64,000 bases of DNA from an uncultured Candidatus Saccharibacteria bacterium (GCA_964552475.1 CAZKFZ010000004.1:22283-86282); one strand, 5' to 3'; counted from the first letter of the stretch, positions 47,849 to 58,824 are shown. Numbers and translations: made by a program. The notes: a model not told the origin generated them from the sequence alone.

Positions 47849-48451
47849 TTATATTGTATTTTCAGCTATTGTGGTATTAAATGATGCTTCGTCACAGAAG
47901 TTGTCTGCTGGAGCACATTGACCACTGCCATTATCGACACCATTGAGAATATCCATACTGACTTTGGCAGTTTTCTTGAAATTGTGAGTACTCATATATG
48001 ACTGGCTGTTGTAGGCACCATAAATTAATTCAAAAGATAGTGACTGTACATAAGAATCAATCTTGGTAAGTGGCTCAGTTGTTGCTGGAGAACCAGTGCA
48101 ATCGAGGTTGTTGTAAACTTTTGTAACTACAATAGGCCTACTCGGAACAAGATACGTCTCAGCCGTTATTTGTGTTGACTTACCGTTTAGCGCTCCTGGC
48201 TCAATTAAGCACAGCTTGGTACCGCTGTCGGTCACAGCTACGATAGTCTTAGACTCTACAAGACGCTTAATAGCCTCCATAGTGTCTCGGGCGGCAACTT
48301 GATTGGTACGAGTGGTTTTTGACCATGTTGAGAATTTTAATACTCCTATAAAAGTAGTAATCACCATTGTAAACATAATTGCTAACAGTGTAATAGCAAA
48401 AGTTAGCTCTATTAGAGTAAACCCGCTTTTATTTTTCGGTGTATTTATCAT
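47849..48451 (-). CDS. Type IV minor pilin (prepilin-type N-terminal domain)
   Basis: 200 aa with a GFTLIELTFAITLLAI class III signal peptide. Confidence 0.6.
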   Translation of the reverse strand: MINTPKNKSGFTLIELTFAITLLAIMFTMVITTFIGVLKFSTWSKTTRTNQVAARDTMEAIKRLVESKTIVAVTDSGTKLCLIEPGALNGKSTQITAETYLVPSRPIVVTKVYNNLDCTGSPATTEPLTKIDSYVQSLSFELIYGAYNSQSYMSTHNFKKTAKVSMDILNGVDNGSGQCAPADNFCDEASFNTTIAENTI

Positions 48452-48460
48452 ATATCTACC

Positions 48461-49072
48461 TTATTCACTCTTGGTTAGTATTACAAAATTCTTCACACTA
48501 GATAATTGGCCGTAAGGATCTGTCCAGAAAACGCCTATTTCTGCCCTTATTGCATCGCATACTGCAACAACAGAACAGGTACCGTTTGGATCGCCACTAC
48601 CAAAACCTTCAAAAATTACTCTTATTACCTTATTGTTGGCCGGGTCGCTTACAGTTAGCGGATTAGCTAGATTGTTGCACAATGTAGTGTTGTTTGGACT
48701 ATTTTGCTCTAACAATGCCCAGGTGGTATATCCACTAGGTGTAGGTGCTGATTGCGAAGTACTGAGTACGCAATATACTTTACCACTACTTACGAGCTCT
48801 AACTTGGCGCTACCGTTTGTTTGACCACCTTTAAAACTAGGTATTCCACCAGCTTCGTCCCATGGAAGAGCAGATCTATAAGAGACCATCGCGCTAGCTT
48901 GGGCTTGGGCTATTAGCAAGGCTTGAGAGCGTTGTTGAGCAGCAACAGCACTTTTGCGACCTTGAACGACACCAGTAAATGCAAAGCCTATTATTGTACC
49001 CAGAATAGCAAAGGCAAAGATAACTTCTATGAGTGTGTCGCCAGCTGGTTTTTTGGAGTTAGTTATAATCAT
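48461..49072 (-). CDS. Type IV minor pilin (PilV-like)
   Basis: 203 aa with a GDTLIEVIFAFAILG prepilin N-terminus. Confidence 0.6.
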   Translation of the reverse strand: MIITNSKKPAGDTLIEVIFAFAILGTIIGFAFTGVVQGRKSAVAAQQRSQALLIAQAQASAMVSYRSALPWDEAGGIPSFKGGQTNGSAKLELVSSGKVYCVLSTSQSAPTPSGYTTWALLEQNSPNNTTLCNNLANPLTVSDPANNKVIRVIFEGFGSGDPNGTCSVVAVCDAIRAEIGVFWTDPYGQLSSVKNFVILTKSE

Positions 49073-49866
49073 TTCACTTTCGTTAACACCGTAGTATTAC
49101 TACCGCTCATATCTATACTAATAAGATATTGGGCAGTATTGTCTGAACTTGCAATAAATAATTGCAGTAGACCAGTTTGCCCACTAGTACTACCTAGAGC
49201 ACTATCGAAAGTCGATTTGGGAAAGGTATTGGAAACCGGCTCTATTGCAAGTAATGCCATTTTTTTGCTTACACTTGGGTTAGGAATAAATAAAACTGGT
49301 AGATTTGCACCTATAGCGGAGACCGGTGGACAAGTTAGATACATCATCCAACCAGGATTACAATTGGCGTAAGTATTACCTGGCTTTGCTGTAAAGCCGC
49401 AAGAAGACGAGCCCAAACACGAAGATGATGGAAATACAGTATTATATAGACTTACAGGTGTCTGAGTGGTATCGAACATAAACTTAAAACCTTCTGGCAA
49501 ATCTATTGTTTTAGCATCGTAGCCAACTAGGTCGGCCGGTGAAGATGTACTTTGTCTAAGTTTAGATACCGCCATACAAGCTTTGCCGGCTCCAAAGCAA
49601 GTGTTATCAAACATTACTGCTTGTCCGTAGAGGGTATCTGGATTGTTTACGGACCCAGGGGGCTGAGTATAACCCGATGCTCCTCTCTGAGCCTCGTTAC
49701 GCACCAAATCTATTTGAGAAAGTATCTGTTGAGCAGCATTGTCGTTGGCGGTTTGGCGACGCAAGCTATATATACCACCAAGCACCCCTATAAGTAGAAG
49801 TGATATAGCCATCGCAATGACTAGCTCTATAAGTGAGAATGCTTTTTTGTTTTTTATTGAGCTCAT
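49069..49866 (-). CDS. Type IV minor pilin (FimT/PilE-like)
   Basis: 265 aa with a KAFSLIELVIAMAISLLLIG prepilin N-terminus. Confidence 0.6.
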   Translation of the reverse strand: MSSIKNKKAFSLIELVIAMAISLLLIGVLGGIYSLRRQTANDNAAQQILSQIDLVRNEAQRGASGYTQPPGSVNNPDTLYGQAVMFDNTCFGAGKACMAVSKLRQSTSSPADLVGYDAKTIDLPEGFKFMFDTTQTPVSLYNTVFPSSSCLGSSSCGFTAKPGNTYANCNPGWMMYLTCPPVSAIGANLPVLFIPNPSVSKKMALLAIEPVSNTFPKSTFDSALGSTSGQTGLLQLFIASSDNTAQYLISIDMSGSNTTVLTKVK

Positions 49867-49908
49867 ATAAAAGTATTATAACACTTATGCTAGGCACTAG
49901 TAATACTA

Positions 49909-50346
49909 CTAAGTTGATATGCAGACTGCTCCATCTATTTCTTGGTATACAGAAACTGCAAAAGTTAAAGCGTTGACTATTGGCTTTACTTCGTCACCAT
50001 CACACAATCCCGTCGCCATTACGATAAGCTGAGAAGATGACGCGGCTTGTTGGGTTGTTGCGTATATTACATTGCTAGCATCATACGGTACACCACTTGG
50101 GTCGGTAGTAAGCGTACTATATGGTGCCATATCTGACAAACTAGCTGGCATTGACCCAGAGTGGTTGCTAGAGTACTGTACAGCCATTGTTAATATTAAC
50201 GATCCAACTCTTTTTCTTGCGACATCGCGCTGGGTTCTCTGCACTCCAGCGATAGCGAAGAATACAATTACTATTATAAGCGCAGCTATCGCTAGTACAA
50301 TTACTATTTCTATGAGGGTGAATCCTTTTTTGGGAGAAAAGATCAT
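49909..50346 (-). CDS. Type IV pilin (PilA-like), copy 1
   Basis: 145 aa with KGFTLIEIVIVLAIAALI, a class III signal with Gly-1/Phe+1/Glu+5. It is of major-pilin size. Confidence 0.7.
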   Translation of the reverse strand: MIFSPKKGFTLIEIVIVLAIAALIIVIVFFAIAGVQRTQRDVARKRVGSLILTMAVQYSSNHSGSMPASLSDMAPYSTLTTDPSGVPYDASNVIYATTQQAASSSQLIVMATGLCDGDEVKPIVNALTFAVSVYQEIDGAVCIST

Positions 50347-50405
50347 AACATACTGCCTGATTGGTTTTTTAAATTATACCACTAATGCTTATTTTTGTAT
50401 AAAAA

Positions 50406-51185
50406 TTAAAACAAACCCAGGTACCAATTACTTACTTGAGAGCCAAAAAACAAACCTATATAAAGCCCAATAATTAAAAAGGGGCCAAATGGTACGGGGT
50501 CGGTGCGCTTTTTTTGCTTGGTAGCAATCAGTACCACGCCAACAGTTGCACCTAAGAGATAGGCTGCAAAAATAGCTACTAGCAGCTGCGGCACAACCAA
50601 GAGTAGTCCCATAGCAATAGCCAGGCGTATATCGCCATCACCCAAAAACCTACCACCACTAAAGAACCAAAGGGCAAAATACAAGCCACCAAATATGGCA
50701 GTAGCTAGTAGTTGCGGAACAACTGCACCCCATCCGTACGTAAACGCCTGCAAAGCAACTAGAGTAATACCTATTCCAATCACCGGCAACATAAACCTAT
50801 CTGGCAGTTGCATATAGTAGTAGTCGTACACGAAGGCGGCCACCAAAAACACCGTTGCCAAACACCAACCGGCAAGTTCTAGCCACTCTACTCTGTATAC
50901 GGGCCCAAAATGCCAGTACAATGCAACAAACAATAGTGCAGTAGATAATTCTACTATAGGGTACTGTATAGAAATAGGCTTATTGCAATAGCGACATTTA
51001 CCGCGCAACACAATATAGCTCATAAGTGGTAAATTATCGTACCAAGCTAGCTGATGCTTGCAACGTGGGCACATAGAGCGCCCAGTAGCAATGCTCCGAC
51101 CAGTTTTGGTGCGCCATACCCAGGCATTTACAAAGCTTCCAACGCAAAGACCGAGCACAAAGAATATAAATGCTAAAATTAACAT
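50406..51185 (-). CDS. pilD: Prepilin peptidase (A24 family)
   Basis: 259 aa with an N-terminal CxxC...CxxC zinc motif (CPRCKH...CRYC) and polytopic membrane aspartyl protease topology. Confidence 0.85.
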   Translation of the reverse strand: MLILAFIFFVLGLCVGSFVNAWVWRTKTGRSIATGRSMCPRCKHQLAWYDNLPLMSYIVLRGKCRYCNKPISIQYPIVELSTALLFVALYWHFGPVYRVEWLELAGWCLATVFLVAAFVYDYYYMQLPDRFMLPVIGIGITLVALQAFTYGWGAVVPQLLATAIFGGLYFALWFFSGGRFLGDGDIRLAIAMGLLLVVPQLLVAIFAAYLLGATVGVVLIATKQKKRTDPVPFGPFLIIGLYIGLFFGSQVSNWYLGLF

Positions 51186-51285
51186 AAGTACATTATCGGC
51201 AATTATATATAACTATGCAAATATTTATTATAAAGATATATCAAAAAAGACCCTTATGGGTCTTTTTTGATAATAGTTAGCTTCT

Positions 51286-51732
51286 TTAATTATTAACGCA
51301 TTGTTGAGAACCTGCAACTTCACTCCAATAAACAACGGCGACTTGTTTAGGGTTGGTGGTGTTGGCTATCAACCCATTATTACATGTGTGTCCTACGGTT
51401 GGGTTAACCGCTGGAGTTGGTGCACTATAGTAAACATTGCCAGAGTTAGAACTTGAAAGGGCTGCAGTATAGTCTAATGGAGCTGGTGAAATGCCCGAAA
51501 GGTAATTATTTTGAAAAGCAGCTACATTTGCGGGGTATACTCCACTAGTGTTTGAGGCATATTGCTCAGCGCCAGCTAGTACTCTAGCGGCATTATTTTT
51601 AAGAGTAGTGTCTCTTTGCGATCTTTGGGCTCCGGCAACTGCCAAGAACACAATTACCATTATTAGTGCAGCTATAGCTAGCACAATTACTATTTCTATA
51701 AGGGTGAATCCTTTTTTGGGGGAAAGCTTCAT
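51286..51732 (-). CDS. Type IV pilin (PilA-like), copy 2
   Basis: 148 aa. The N-terminal 30 aa (MKLSPKKGFTLIEIVIVLAIAALIMVIVFLAVAG) are nearly identical to copy 1 and the globular domain diverges. Confidence 0.7.
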   Translation of the reverse strand: MKLSPKKGFTLIEIVIVLAIAALIMVIVFLAVAGAQRSQRDTTLKNNAARVLAGAEQYASNTSGVYPANVAAFQNNYLSGISPAPLDYTAALSSSNSGNVYYSAPTPAVNPTVGHTCNNGLIANTTNPKQVAVVYWSEVAGSQQCVNN

Positions 51733-51845
51733 TAGTTTGTATTATCCTTTCAATACTTTACTTATTTAAGTTGTACACACTTATGTGTGGTTAGTCTCTA
51801 TTTTGTAGCATAAGTACTATACTGTCAATGGTTTTATGAGAGTTT

Positions 51846-53099
51846 TTATTGACCAGTAGTTGTGGTTGGTGTTGTGCTACTTGAGCTTTCAATACCCCCT
51901 CCTACTAAGCTATATACCGGAAAAAGTATGGCAATAATAATAAACGCCACCATTATACCCAGCACTATCATTAGAGCCGGCTCGATAATGGTACTTATAT
52001 TTTTGACGGCCTGGTCTACCTCGGCCTCATAAAAATCGGCTACTTTACTGAGCATGTCACTTAATGTACCAGAGTCTTCACCTATCTTTATCATTTGCGG
52101 CACAAGCTTAAGAAAATACTTGTTTTTGTCTAATGCGCCAGCCAGTGACTTACCGCTTTTTACGTCTTCTGCGGCAGCATTTACAGTATCTGCCAGTACC
52201 ACGTTGTTCATAGCCTCAGCACTAATACTAAGCGACTCTAGTAGCGGTAAGCCAGACCCCGTAAGACTACTGAGTGTACGAGCAAAGCGAGCCATATACA
52301 TTTTCTTTAGCAAAACACCTACAATAGGAATATTTAACTTAAGCTCGTCCCAGTGCTTGCGACCAACTGGTGATTTTACATAAGCTCTTAGACCAAAAAC
52401 AATAGCGATAAGTACAAGTATGGCAAGCCACCAAAACTTGGTGAGGTAGTTAGATATTTGCAGAGTTACTTGCGACACTATAGGCAATGGTTTTTTGAGC
52501 TGCACATACAAGTCACTAATTTGCGGCATTACCGCCGACATCATATATAGCATTACCCCGACAATTACAAAAAGTACAAGTACAGGGTATATAAATGCGC
52601 CGCGAATTTTAGAAATAATTTGTTGCTCTTTCTCTTGCTGATCGGCCAAGCGCTCGAGGGTTTCGTCTAGCGTGCCAGACTCTTCACCGGCGTGCACAAG
52701 ATTGGTGTAAACACTATTAAAAACATCCGGGAACTGACCAAACGAGTCAGCCAATGTTTGACCACCCTCAACCGAGGCGGCAACTTTTTGTAAAATAGCC
52801 TTAAAATTTTTATCGCTCACCTGCTCTATAGCTGAGTTAAGCGACTGGGTAATAGGTAGGCTAGCCTTTACCAAGGTGGCTAGTTGACGAGTAAAAATTA
52901 CTCTACTCTTGGCGCTTACTTTGTTAAAAAACTTAATGTCTTTGAGTACATTTTGCTCATGATAAGCTTCAATTTTTATAGGATAAAGATTTTTAGATTT
53001 GAGCAAACTAGCCGCAATTTGCTTGTTTTCGGCAGATATTTTGCCCTCAACTACCTTGGTGCTATCGGGGTCTTTGGCTTTGTAAGAATACTCTTGCAC
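51846..53099 (-). CDS. pilC: Type IV pilus platform protein PilC (GspF family)
   Basis: 417 aa with two T2SSF repeats and three TM segments. Confidence 0.85.
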   Translation of the reverse strand: MQEYSYKAKDPDSTKVVEGKISAENKQIAASLLKSKNLYPIKIEAYHEQNVLKDIKFFNKVSAKSRVIFTRQLATLVKASLPITQSLNSAIEQVSDKNFKAILQKVAASVEGGQTLADSFGQFPDVFNSVYTNLVHAGEESGTLDETLERLADQQEKEQQIISKIRGAFIYPVLVLFVIVGVMLYMMSAVMPQISDLYVQLKKPLPIVSQVTLQISNYLTKFWWLAILVLIAIVFGLRAYVKSPVGRKHWDELKLNIPIVGVLLKKMYMARFARTLSSLTGSGLPLLESLSISAEAMNNVVLADTVNAAAEDVKSGKSLAGALDKNKYFLKLVPQMIKIGEDSGTLSDMLSKVADFYEAEVDQAVKNISTIIEPALMIVLGIMVAFIIIAILFPVYSLVGGGIESSSSTTPTTTTGQ

Positions 53100-53105
53100 T
53101 TGGCG

Positions 53106-54191
53106 CTATCTCCTCATAAGTCTTTCAAACTCTTTACGATCTACGGAGTAAGTTTGAGCTTCTTCTAAGGCTACTTTGCCAGCCTTAACAAGCTCTACTA
53201 GCTGTTTGTCCATAGACTGCATACCTTCATCAGCACTAGTTTGAATAACAGCACCTATTTGGTGAGTTTTGCCTTCTCGTATGAGGTTGCGAACCGCCGA
53301 GTTGGCCACCATTATTTCGACTGCAGGCATTCGCCCACCACCTATTAAGGGTATAAGGCGTTGGTTGATTATACCTTGTATTACCCCCGCTAGCTGAGTG
53401 CGAATTTGTTGTTGTTGATGAGCCGGGAACACATCTATCATACGATCGATTGATTGGGCTGCACCATTAGTGTGTAGCGTGGCTAGTACTAGGTGTCCGG
53501 TCTCGGCGACGGTAATTGCTGTAGCTATAGTTTCAAGATCGCGCATTTCGCCTATTAGCACTACATCGGGGTCTTCACGCAAACTAGAGCGCAATGCCGC
53601 GCCAAAACTAACGGTATCAAAGTGCACCTCACGCTGTACAATAATAGAGTTTTTGTGATGGTATTGGTACTCTATGGGGTCTTCAATAGTAATTACGTGC
53701 ATAGCCTTGTTGGTGTTTATAAGGTCTATCATGGCGGCTTGGGTAGTAGACTTACCAGAGCCAGTTGGGCCAGTAGATAGCACAAGCCCTCTTGGTAAAT
53801 TACTAAATTGTTCTACCACCTTCGGTAGACCCAGCTCTTCAATAGTACGAATTTTGGTAGGTATAAGTCGTAGCGCAGCTGCAAGTGAGCCCTTTTCGTG
53901 GAAAGCGTTTACACGAAACCTACCTAAATCACCAAAGGCAAATGAAAAATCTAGCTCTAGCCGAGTAGTGAGTAGCTCTTTTTGTTTTTCGTCTATAAGA
54001 GTATATATATGTTGCTCAATAGCTTGTTCGCTAAGAACTTGTTCGTTTTCAGATTTTAATAGCCTACCGTCAATTCTAAGCATAGCCGGTATACCAACTT
54101 GCAAGTGAAGGTCTGACGCATTTCGACGAATAACTTCTTCTAAGTATTTTTCTATATGTGTTACTGTGTTGGGCTGCATATTGTTCTCCAA
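53106..54191 (-). CDS. pilT: Type IV pilus retraction ATPase PilT
   Basis: 361 aa with Walker A GPTGSGKSTT and the PilT-type Asp/His boxes. It lacks the N-terminal GSPII_E_N domain. Confidence 0.9.
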   Translation of the reverse strand: MENNMQPNTVTHIEKYLEEVIRRNASDLHLQVGIPAMLRIDGRLLKSENEQVLSEQAIEQHIYTLIDEKQKELLTTRLELDFSFAFGDLGRFRVNAFHEKGSLAAALRLIPTKIRTIEELGLPKVVEQFSNLPRGLVLSTGPTGSGKSTTQAAMIDLINTNKAMHVITIEDPIEYQYHHKNSIIVQREVHFDTVSFGAALRSSLREDPDVVLIGEMRDLETIATAITVAETGHLVLATLHTNGAAQSIDRMIDVFPAHQQQQIRTQLAGVIQGIINQRLIPLIGGGRMPAVEIMVANSAVRNLIREGKTHQIGAVIQTSADEGMQSMDKQLVELVKAGKVALEEAQTYSVDRKEFERLMRR

Positions 54192-54199
54192 ATTACTTC

Positions 54200-56002
54200 T
54201 TAAGAGTCTGAGGCAACGCGAGCTACTTCTTCTAGGGTGGTTACTCCGCCCAGAGCTTTAAGTATGCCGTCTTGTAACATCGTTATCATACCGTCAGCTT
54301 GAGCCTGTTTTTGAATAGCACTAGTAGTGGCGTGCTGAAGCAGTAGCTGCTCAATATCTGGGTTCATCTCGAATACTTCGTATAGACCAATGCGACCCTG
54401 ATAGCCTTCTTGGCACTGTTCGCAGCCTCTACCCTTATATAGAGTATAAGCGGTTTGAGAGGCTATTGGCAAATTGCTATAACCCAAGGCCTTCTCTACA
54501 TCGGCAGTGCTTGCTTGGTCTTTGGGTAAAAGATTGCCAACAAACTTATTTATCATTTTTACCGCCGCAGTGCTGGCCGGGTAACCAGCTCGACAATTGT
54601 TACATATCTTACGCACTAACCTTTGACCAATACATGTATTGATGGTGCTAGCTATTAAATAAGGTTCTATTTTCATATCTAACATTCTAGGCAAAACCCC
54701 CGCTGCACCATTAGTGTGTAGCGTAGAAAGCACCAGGTGACCGGTGAGTGCTGACTGCACCGCTAAGTCGGCGGTAATGTGGTCGCGAATCTCCCCTACC
54801 ATAATTACATTGGGATCTTGACGAAGTATTGAGCGCAAACCCGAAGCAAAAGTTAGACCCACATCGGTATTTACTTGTATTTGATTTACGCCAGCCATTT
54901 TGTACTCTACGGGGTCTTCTAGGGTAATAATGTTTATCTTGGGGCTAAGTATTTCTTGAATAATGGCATATAGAGTGGTAGATTTACCTGATCCGGTTGG
55001 GCCAGTTGAGAGTATCATGCCGTGAGATTTGGCCATACCTTTTTTGATAATCTCATAGCTTCGACCGTATATACCGAGGCTCGCCAACTTAAACAGTGCA
55101 TCAGATTTGTCTAGCAAACGAATAACTACCTGCTCACCATAACTGATTGGAGCTATAGCGATACGCAAGTCTATCTCTCGCCCACCCAGGCGGTATTGGG
55201 CTTCACCGTCTTGCGGCACCCTGTGTTCATCAATTTTCAGCTTAGAGAGAATTTTTATTCTTGAGATAAGGGCAGGCTCGGTAGTCTTTGGCAGGGTCAT
55301 CACTTCTTGTAATATTCCGTCTACCCTAAAACGAATTTTTAACTCATTTTCACGTGGCTCTATATGAATATCTGAAGCATGAGCATTAATAGCGTACTCA
55401 ATAATTGAATTGAGCGCTCTAGTAATAGGTGTATCTTGTACGATAGTTTCGAGTTTTTTGGAGTCGGCTTTGTCAAAGTGCTTGACGGCTTCGGTCTGTT
55501 TTTGGTCGTCTTTTTTGTCTTGTCCCAAAGCCTGCTCTACCTCACTATCAAGGTTGGCCTGATAGCGATTTATCCAGGCTGAAATTTGTTTTTGGGTAGC
55601 CAGATAAGCCTTAATAGGATATCCACTTTTGCGAGACAAGAAATCAATTGCTTGCAGGTCTTCGGGGTCTTTCATGGCTACCTGCAAACGACCTTCCTCT
55701 ATACCAAAGGCAACTGCGGTGTACTCCATCGCATCGTCTTTGGGAATTAAGTTAAGAATATCGTTACCGATGTTTTGATTACTCAAATCTATAAACGGAA
55801 TATTGTTGGTAAGGGCAGTAATTTTAACACTGTCTTCTTCGCTTAGTAGGTTTTGACTCACTAATGTTTGTAGCAAGGTCTTGCCGGTTTGGGCGGCATC
55901 GAGTTTGGCCTTTTCTAGTTTATCGGCAGCTACCAATCCATTTTGGGCTATAAACTGATCTACATTTATTTTTGAAGTTTTAGATGGCAAAACAACCTCC
56001 AC
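54200..56002 (-). CDS. pilB: Type IV pilus assembly ATPase PilB (GspE family)
   Basis: 600 aa with an N-terminal GSPII_E_N domain, Walker A GPTGSGKSTT, and a C-terminal tetracysteine motif (CNNC...CEQC). Confidence 0.9.
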   Translation of the reverse strand: MEVVLPSKTSKINVDQFIAQNGLVAADKLEKAKLDAAQTGKTLLQTLVSQNLLSEEDSVKITALTNNIPFIDLSNQNIGNDILNLIPKDDAMEYTAVAFGIEEGRLQVAMKDPEDLQAIDFLSRKSGYPIKAYLATQKQISAWINRYQANLDSEVEQALGQDKKDDQKQTEAVKHFDKADSKKLETIVQDTPITRALNSIIEYAINAHASDIHIEPRENELKIRFRVDGILQEVMTLPKTTEPALISRIKILSKLKIDEHRVPQDGEAQYRLGGREIDLRIAIAPISYGEQVVIRLLDKSDALFKLASLGIYGRSYEIIKKGMAKSHGMILSTGPTGSGKSTTLYAIIQEILSPKINIITLEDPVEYKMAGVNQIQVNTDVGLTFASGLRSILRQDPNVIMVGEIRDHITADLAVQSALTGHLVLSTLHTNGAAGVLPRMLDMKIEPYLIASTINTCIGQRLVRKICNNCRAGYPASTAAVKMINKFVGNLLPKDQASTADVEKALGYSNLPIASQTAYTLYKGRGCEQCQEGYQGRIGLYEVFEMNPDIEQLLLQHATTSAIQKQAQADGMITMLQDGILKALGGVTTLEEVARVASDS

Positions 56003-56245
56003 TCACCGTAATACCGGTACATTACCGCCATTGTCGATAGGTGTTAAGTTTTGACTGTAGTCTTTCACGTCGTTTTTGAGAGTGTTGAGTTGCTCTTGGT
56101 TGAAAGTTGGGTCTACCGGGTGCGGCACCTCTACCATAATGCCCGAGTTTTTGGGTGCTGGCACAAAATAGCGGTATATAAAAGCTAGTGCGACTATAAA
56201 TATTACTACAGATATTACGATGGTAATGATGTTTTTCTTTGGCAT
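56003..56245 (-). CDS. Small single-TM protein within the pilus operon (hypothetical)
   Basis: 80-aa ORF with one TM helix between pilO and pilB. Confidence 0.3.
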   Translation of the reverse strand: MPKKNIITIVISVVIFIVALAFIYRYFVPAPKNSGIMVEVPHPVDPTFNQEQLNTLKNDVKDYSQNLTPIDNGGNVPVLR

Positions 56246-56248
56246 AGG

Positions 56249-56959
56249 CTATTTTAGTGGTACCTCAGTACTTTCAATATTGGCTTCTGGCTTAAAGAAA
56301 GTGGTCATAGTCAGATTGGCATTAATATTGCCGGTTTTACCATTTAGACTCATACTATTAAAGTTTATCACGCGAGCTGAATTCTCAGTTTTTTTGAGAA
56401 ACTCTAAGATGGCATTGTAGCTACCTTCTACGTTTACACTGAAGCTAAAAGGTGTTGCCTCCGTACTGCTAGAGGTGCTTGGCGCAATAAGAGTCGATGT
56501 AGAATCTGTTGGAGTTGTGCTGGCGCTGTTATTAACCTGAGAAATACTAGATACCTTCACTCCACTTTCTATACCCATTTTTTCTAGAGATGCAACTAAG
56601 TTTTCATAGTCTTCGTTAATTGGCATTGCCCTTAGAATTAAATCGGCATCTGAAACGCCATTTTCACCTTTAGTATTTATAGCATCATAGTTGGGTTTTA
56701 ATTCTTTTAGATTTTTCTGTTTTACCTGTAGAGAAGTAAACAATTGATCTTGGGCCTTATTGATATTCGACATATGGGTGTATTTACCTACCAAATAGTA
56801 GATGGTATAGCCACCGACCAACACTACCAGAGCAATTATTACTCCAGCTATTTGCATATAGCGACGTGTAGAAGCACTAGCAGCTTGGCTTTTTGGGGTG
56901 TCTGGTACGCTGACAGCTTTTGGTTTGACTGGTTTCGGTGTTGGGTTTGGGTTTTCCAT
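56249..56959 (-). CDS. pilO: PilO-like type IV pilus inner-membrane component
   Basis: 236 aa with a single TM helix plus a coiled-coil and periplasmic domain, positioned after pilN. Confidence 0.5.
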   Translation of the reverse strand: MENPNPTPKPVKPKAVSVPDTPKSQAASASTRRYMQIAGVIIALVVLVGGYTIYYLVGKYTHMSNINKAQDQLFTSLQVKQKNLKELKPNYDAINTKGENGVSDADLILRAMPINEDYENLVASLEKMGIESGVKVSSISQVNNSASTTPTDSTSTLIAPSTSSSTEATPFSFSVNVEGSYNAILEFLKKTENSARVINFNSMSLNGKTGNINANLTMTTFFKPEANIESTEVPLK

Positions 56960-56961
56960 AT

Positions 56962-57564
56962 CTATTGCACCTGGCTTTGGTTAAACAGTGTTGGGTCTAC
57001 CTTAAATGTCATAGTAAATGTCACTGTGGTACTATTGCTATCTCGGCTTACTGAGGTGATCTTAACATCGGTAAATAGCTGCTTTCTCTCTAGGTTAGCT
57101 TGGGGTTTAAAATTTACATTGTATTGTTGCAAAGCCTCAGAAAACGTACTAACAGCAGCAAAGCTTGGTGCTGTGCCACTTACGGTTACTAGGTAATCAT
57201 TACTTATTTGAAAACTATTAATTTTCACGTTGGCAGGAATAACACTACCTAGATTGCGAAATATCTCACTTACGTATAGACGACTTTGTTGCTGAGTAGC
57301 AAAAGCAGCTAAATTTTCTTGCAAAGTAGCAGATTTTTGCTCGAGATCGCGCTTGCTATTAATGTCTTTTTTGAGACTATCAATTCTTAGCTGTGTTGCT
57401 CTATTTAGGGAGTATTCGTAGCCCAAAAGTAACACCAAAGTCGCGATAATGGTACCAACCACAAGTATGGTAAGTATAGTAATAGTAGCTGCGGTACGCT
57501 TTCGCGTCATATCTTTTAGCTTGAGTATCCTAGCTTCTGGCAGAAGATTTATTTGAAGCATCAT
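56962..57564 (-). CDS. pilN: PilN
   Basis: 200 aa with the INLLP motif, one TM helix and a coiled-coil. Confidence 0.7.
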   Translation of the reverse strand: MMLQINLLPEARILKLKDMTRKRTAATITILTILVVGTIIATLVLLLGYEYSLNRATQLRIDSLKKDINSKRDLEQKSATLQENLAAFATQQQSRLYVSEIFRNLGSVIPANVKINSFQISNDYLVTVSGTAPSFAAVSTFSEALQQYNVNFKPQANLERKQLFTDVKITSVSRDSNSTTVTFTMTFKVDPTLFNQSQVQ

Positions 57565-58607
57565 AGCTTAAACCCTCTCAGTGATAAGCCTATTGCCGTA
57601 CCATAGCTTAAGCTAAGGCTAGCTAAGCTAGACTCTAGCTCTGCTGGATAACTAATGTTTTGCCAAGCGTTGCCAATCTCTACAGTTAAACCGGTGGAGT
57701 TTGCAATATATAGCGGTAGGCCGGGTAGTGCTGCAGTACCTCCGGTAAGTATTATTTTTTCTACTTTGAGATTGGTATTCTTCTCTTGAAAGAAGTTAAT
57801 TGATTTATTTATCTCGTCTACTAGTTGATCAACTATAGTTTTGAGAGTTTTGAATACTTGTCCTTCTATTTTGGTTTTATCCATACCGAATTTATGCATA
57901 AACTGATCGGCTTGCTCGTCGTCTATACCCAGGTTTTGCACAAGTGAGCGCGACAAAGCTTTCGACCCAACGGTAACGGAACGTACCAAATGAGGTACCA
58001 AATCTTCTACTATTGCAAGGTCCGAGGCTTGTCTACCAATATCTACGATTAATAGACATTTCTCTCTATCGGCTGGTCGTACTAGCGATCGAGCTTGGGC
58101 AATTGCGTTGATCTCTAGTGCTAATAGCTCAAAACCAGCTTTTTGAACAATTTCTAGATATTTATTTGCCACTATATTTGGGGCCGCTACCAGCAAAATA
58201 TCTAGCTCTTCGTTTTCTACATCCTCTCCTACTACCGCCCAGTCTAATTTGACCTGGTCTATAGCCATTGGTATTACCTTGTCAGCCTGAAACTCAATAC
58301 TATTAGCAATTTCTTCGTGAGTGAGCTTGGGAGTCTGAATAATTGCAGTATATGATTGTGAGGCATTTAGGCTTGCTACAACGTTTTTAGAGGTAACTTT
58401 GGCATCTTTGGCAAGTTGGCTAATAAGACCGGCAAGTTTGGTTTGGTCTATCTCTGAACCGCTTGCAAAAAGGTTTTCTGGTATCTCAATATCACCATAG
58501 GTTACAAGGTTGGGTCGACCATGCAGTTGGCGTAGCTGGGTAATCTTGACACTACTCGAGCCAATATCTAAGCCAAAAAAATTATCTGATTGTGGTAAGA
58601 ATTTCAT
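57561..58607 (-). CDS. pilM: PilM (actin-like ATPase fold)
   Basis: 348 aa with an FGLDIGSSSVK phosphate-1 motif and an actin/FtsA-like fold. Confidence 0.8.
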   Translation of the reverse strand: MKFLPQSDNFFGLDIGSSSVKITQLRQLHGRPNLVTYGDIEIPENLFASGSEIDQTKLAGLISQLAKDAKVTSKNVVASLNASQSYTAIIQTPKLTHEEIANSIEFQADKVIPMAIDQVKLDWAVVGEDVENEELDILLVAAPNIVANKYLEIVQKAGFELLALEINAIAQARSLVRPADREKCLLIVDIGRQASDLAIVEDLVPHLVRSVTVGSKALSRSLVQNLGIDDEQADQFMHKFGMDKTKIEGQVFKTLKTIVDQLVDEINKSINFFQEKNTNLKVEKIILTGGTAALPGLPLYIANSTGLTVEIGNAWQNISYPAELESSLASLSLSYGTAIGLSLRGFKL

Positions 58608-58824
58608 TACCCTACCCTACCCGCATAATTATTGAGTAAATACATAGCACTCTTGAATATAGCCAAACATTTATTTGGGTTGGTTATTATTGGGGGATTT
58701 TTTGATTTAATTTTCATACCGTAAAAGTGTTATATAGCTTATATTTTAACATAAGAGCTATAAATAAGCCTACTTATAATTGGTATAAGTTTTATAGATT
58801 GTATAAGAGTTTTTGTATTTGGCG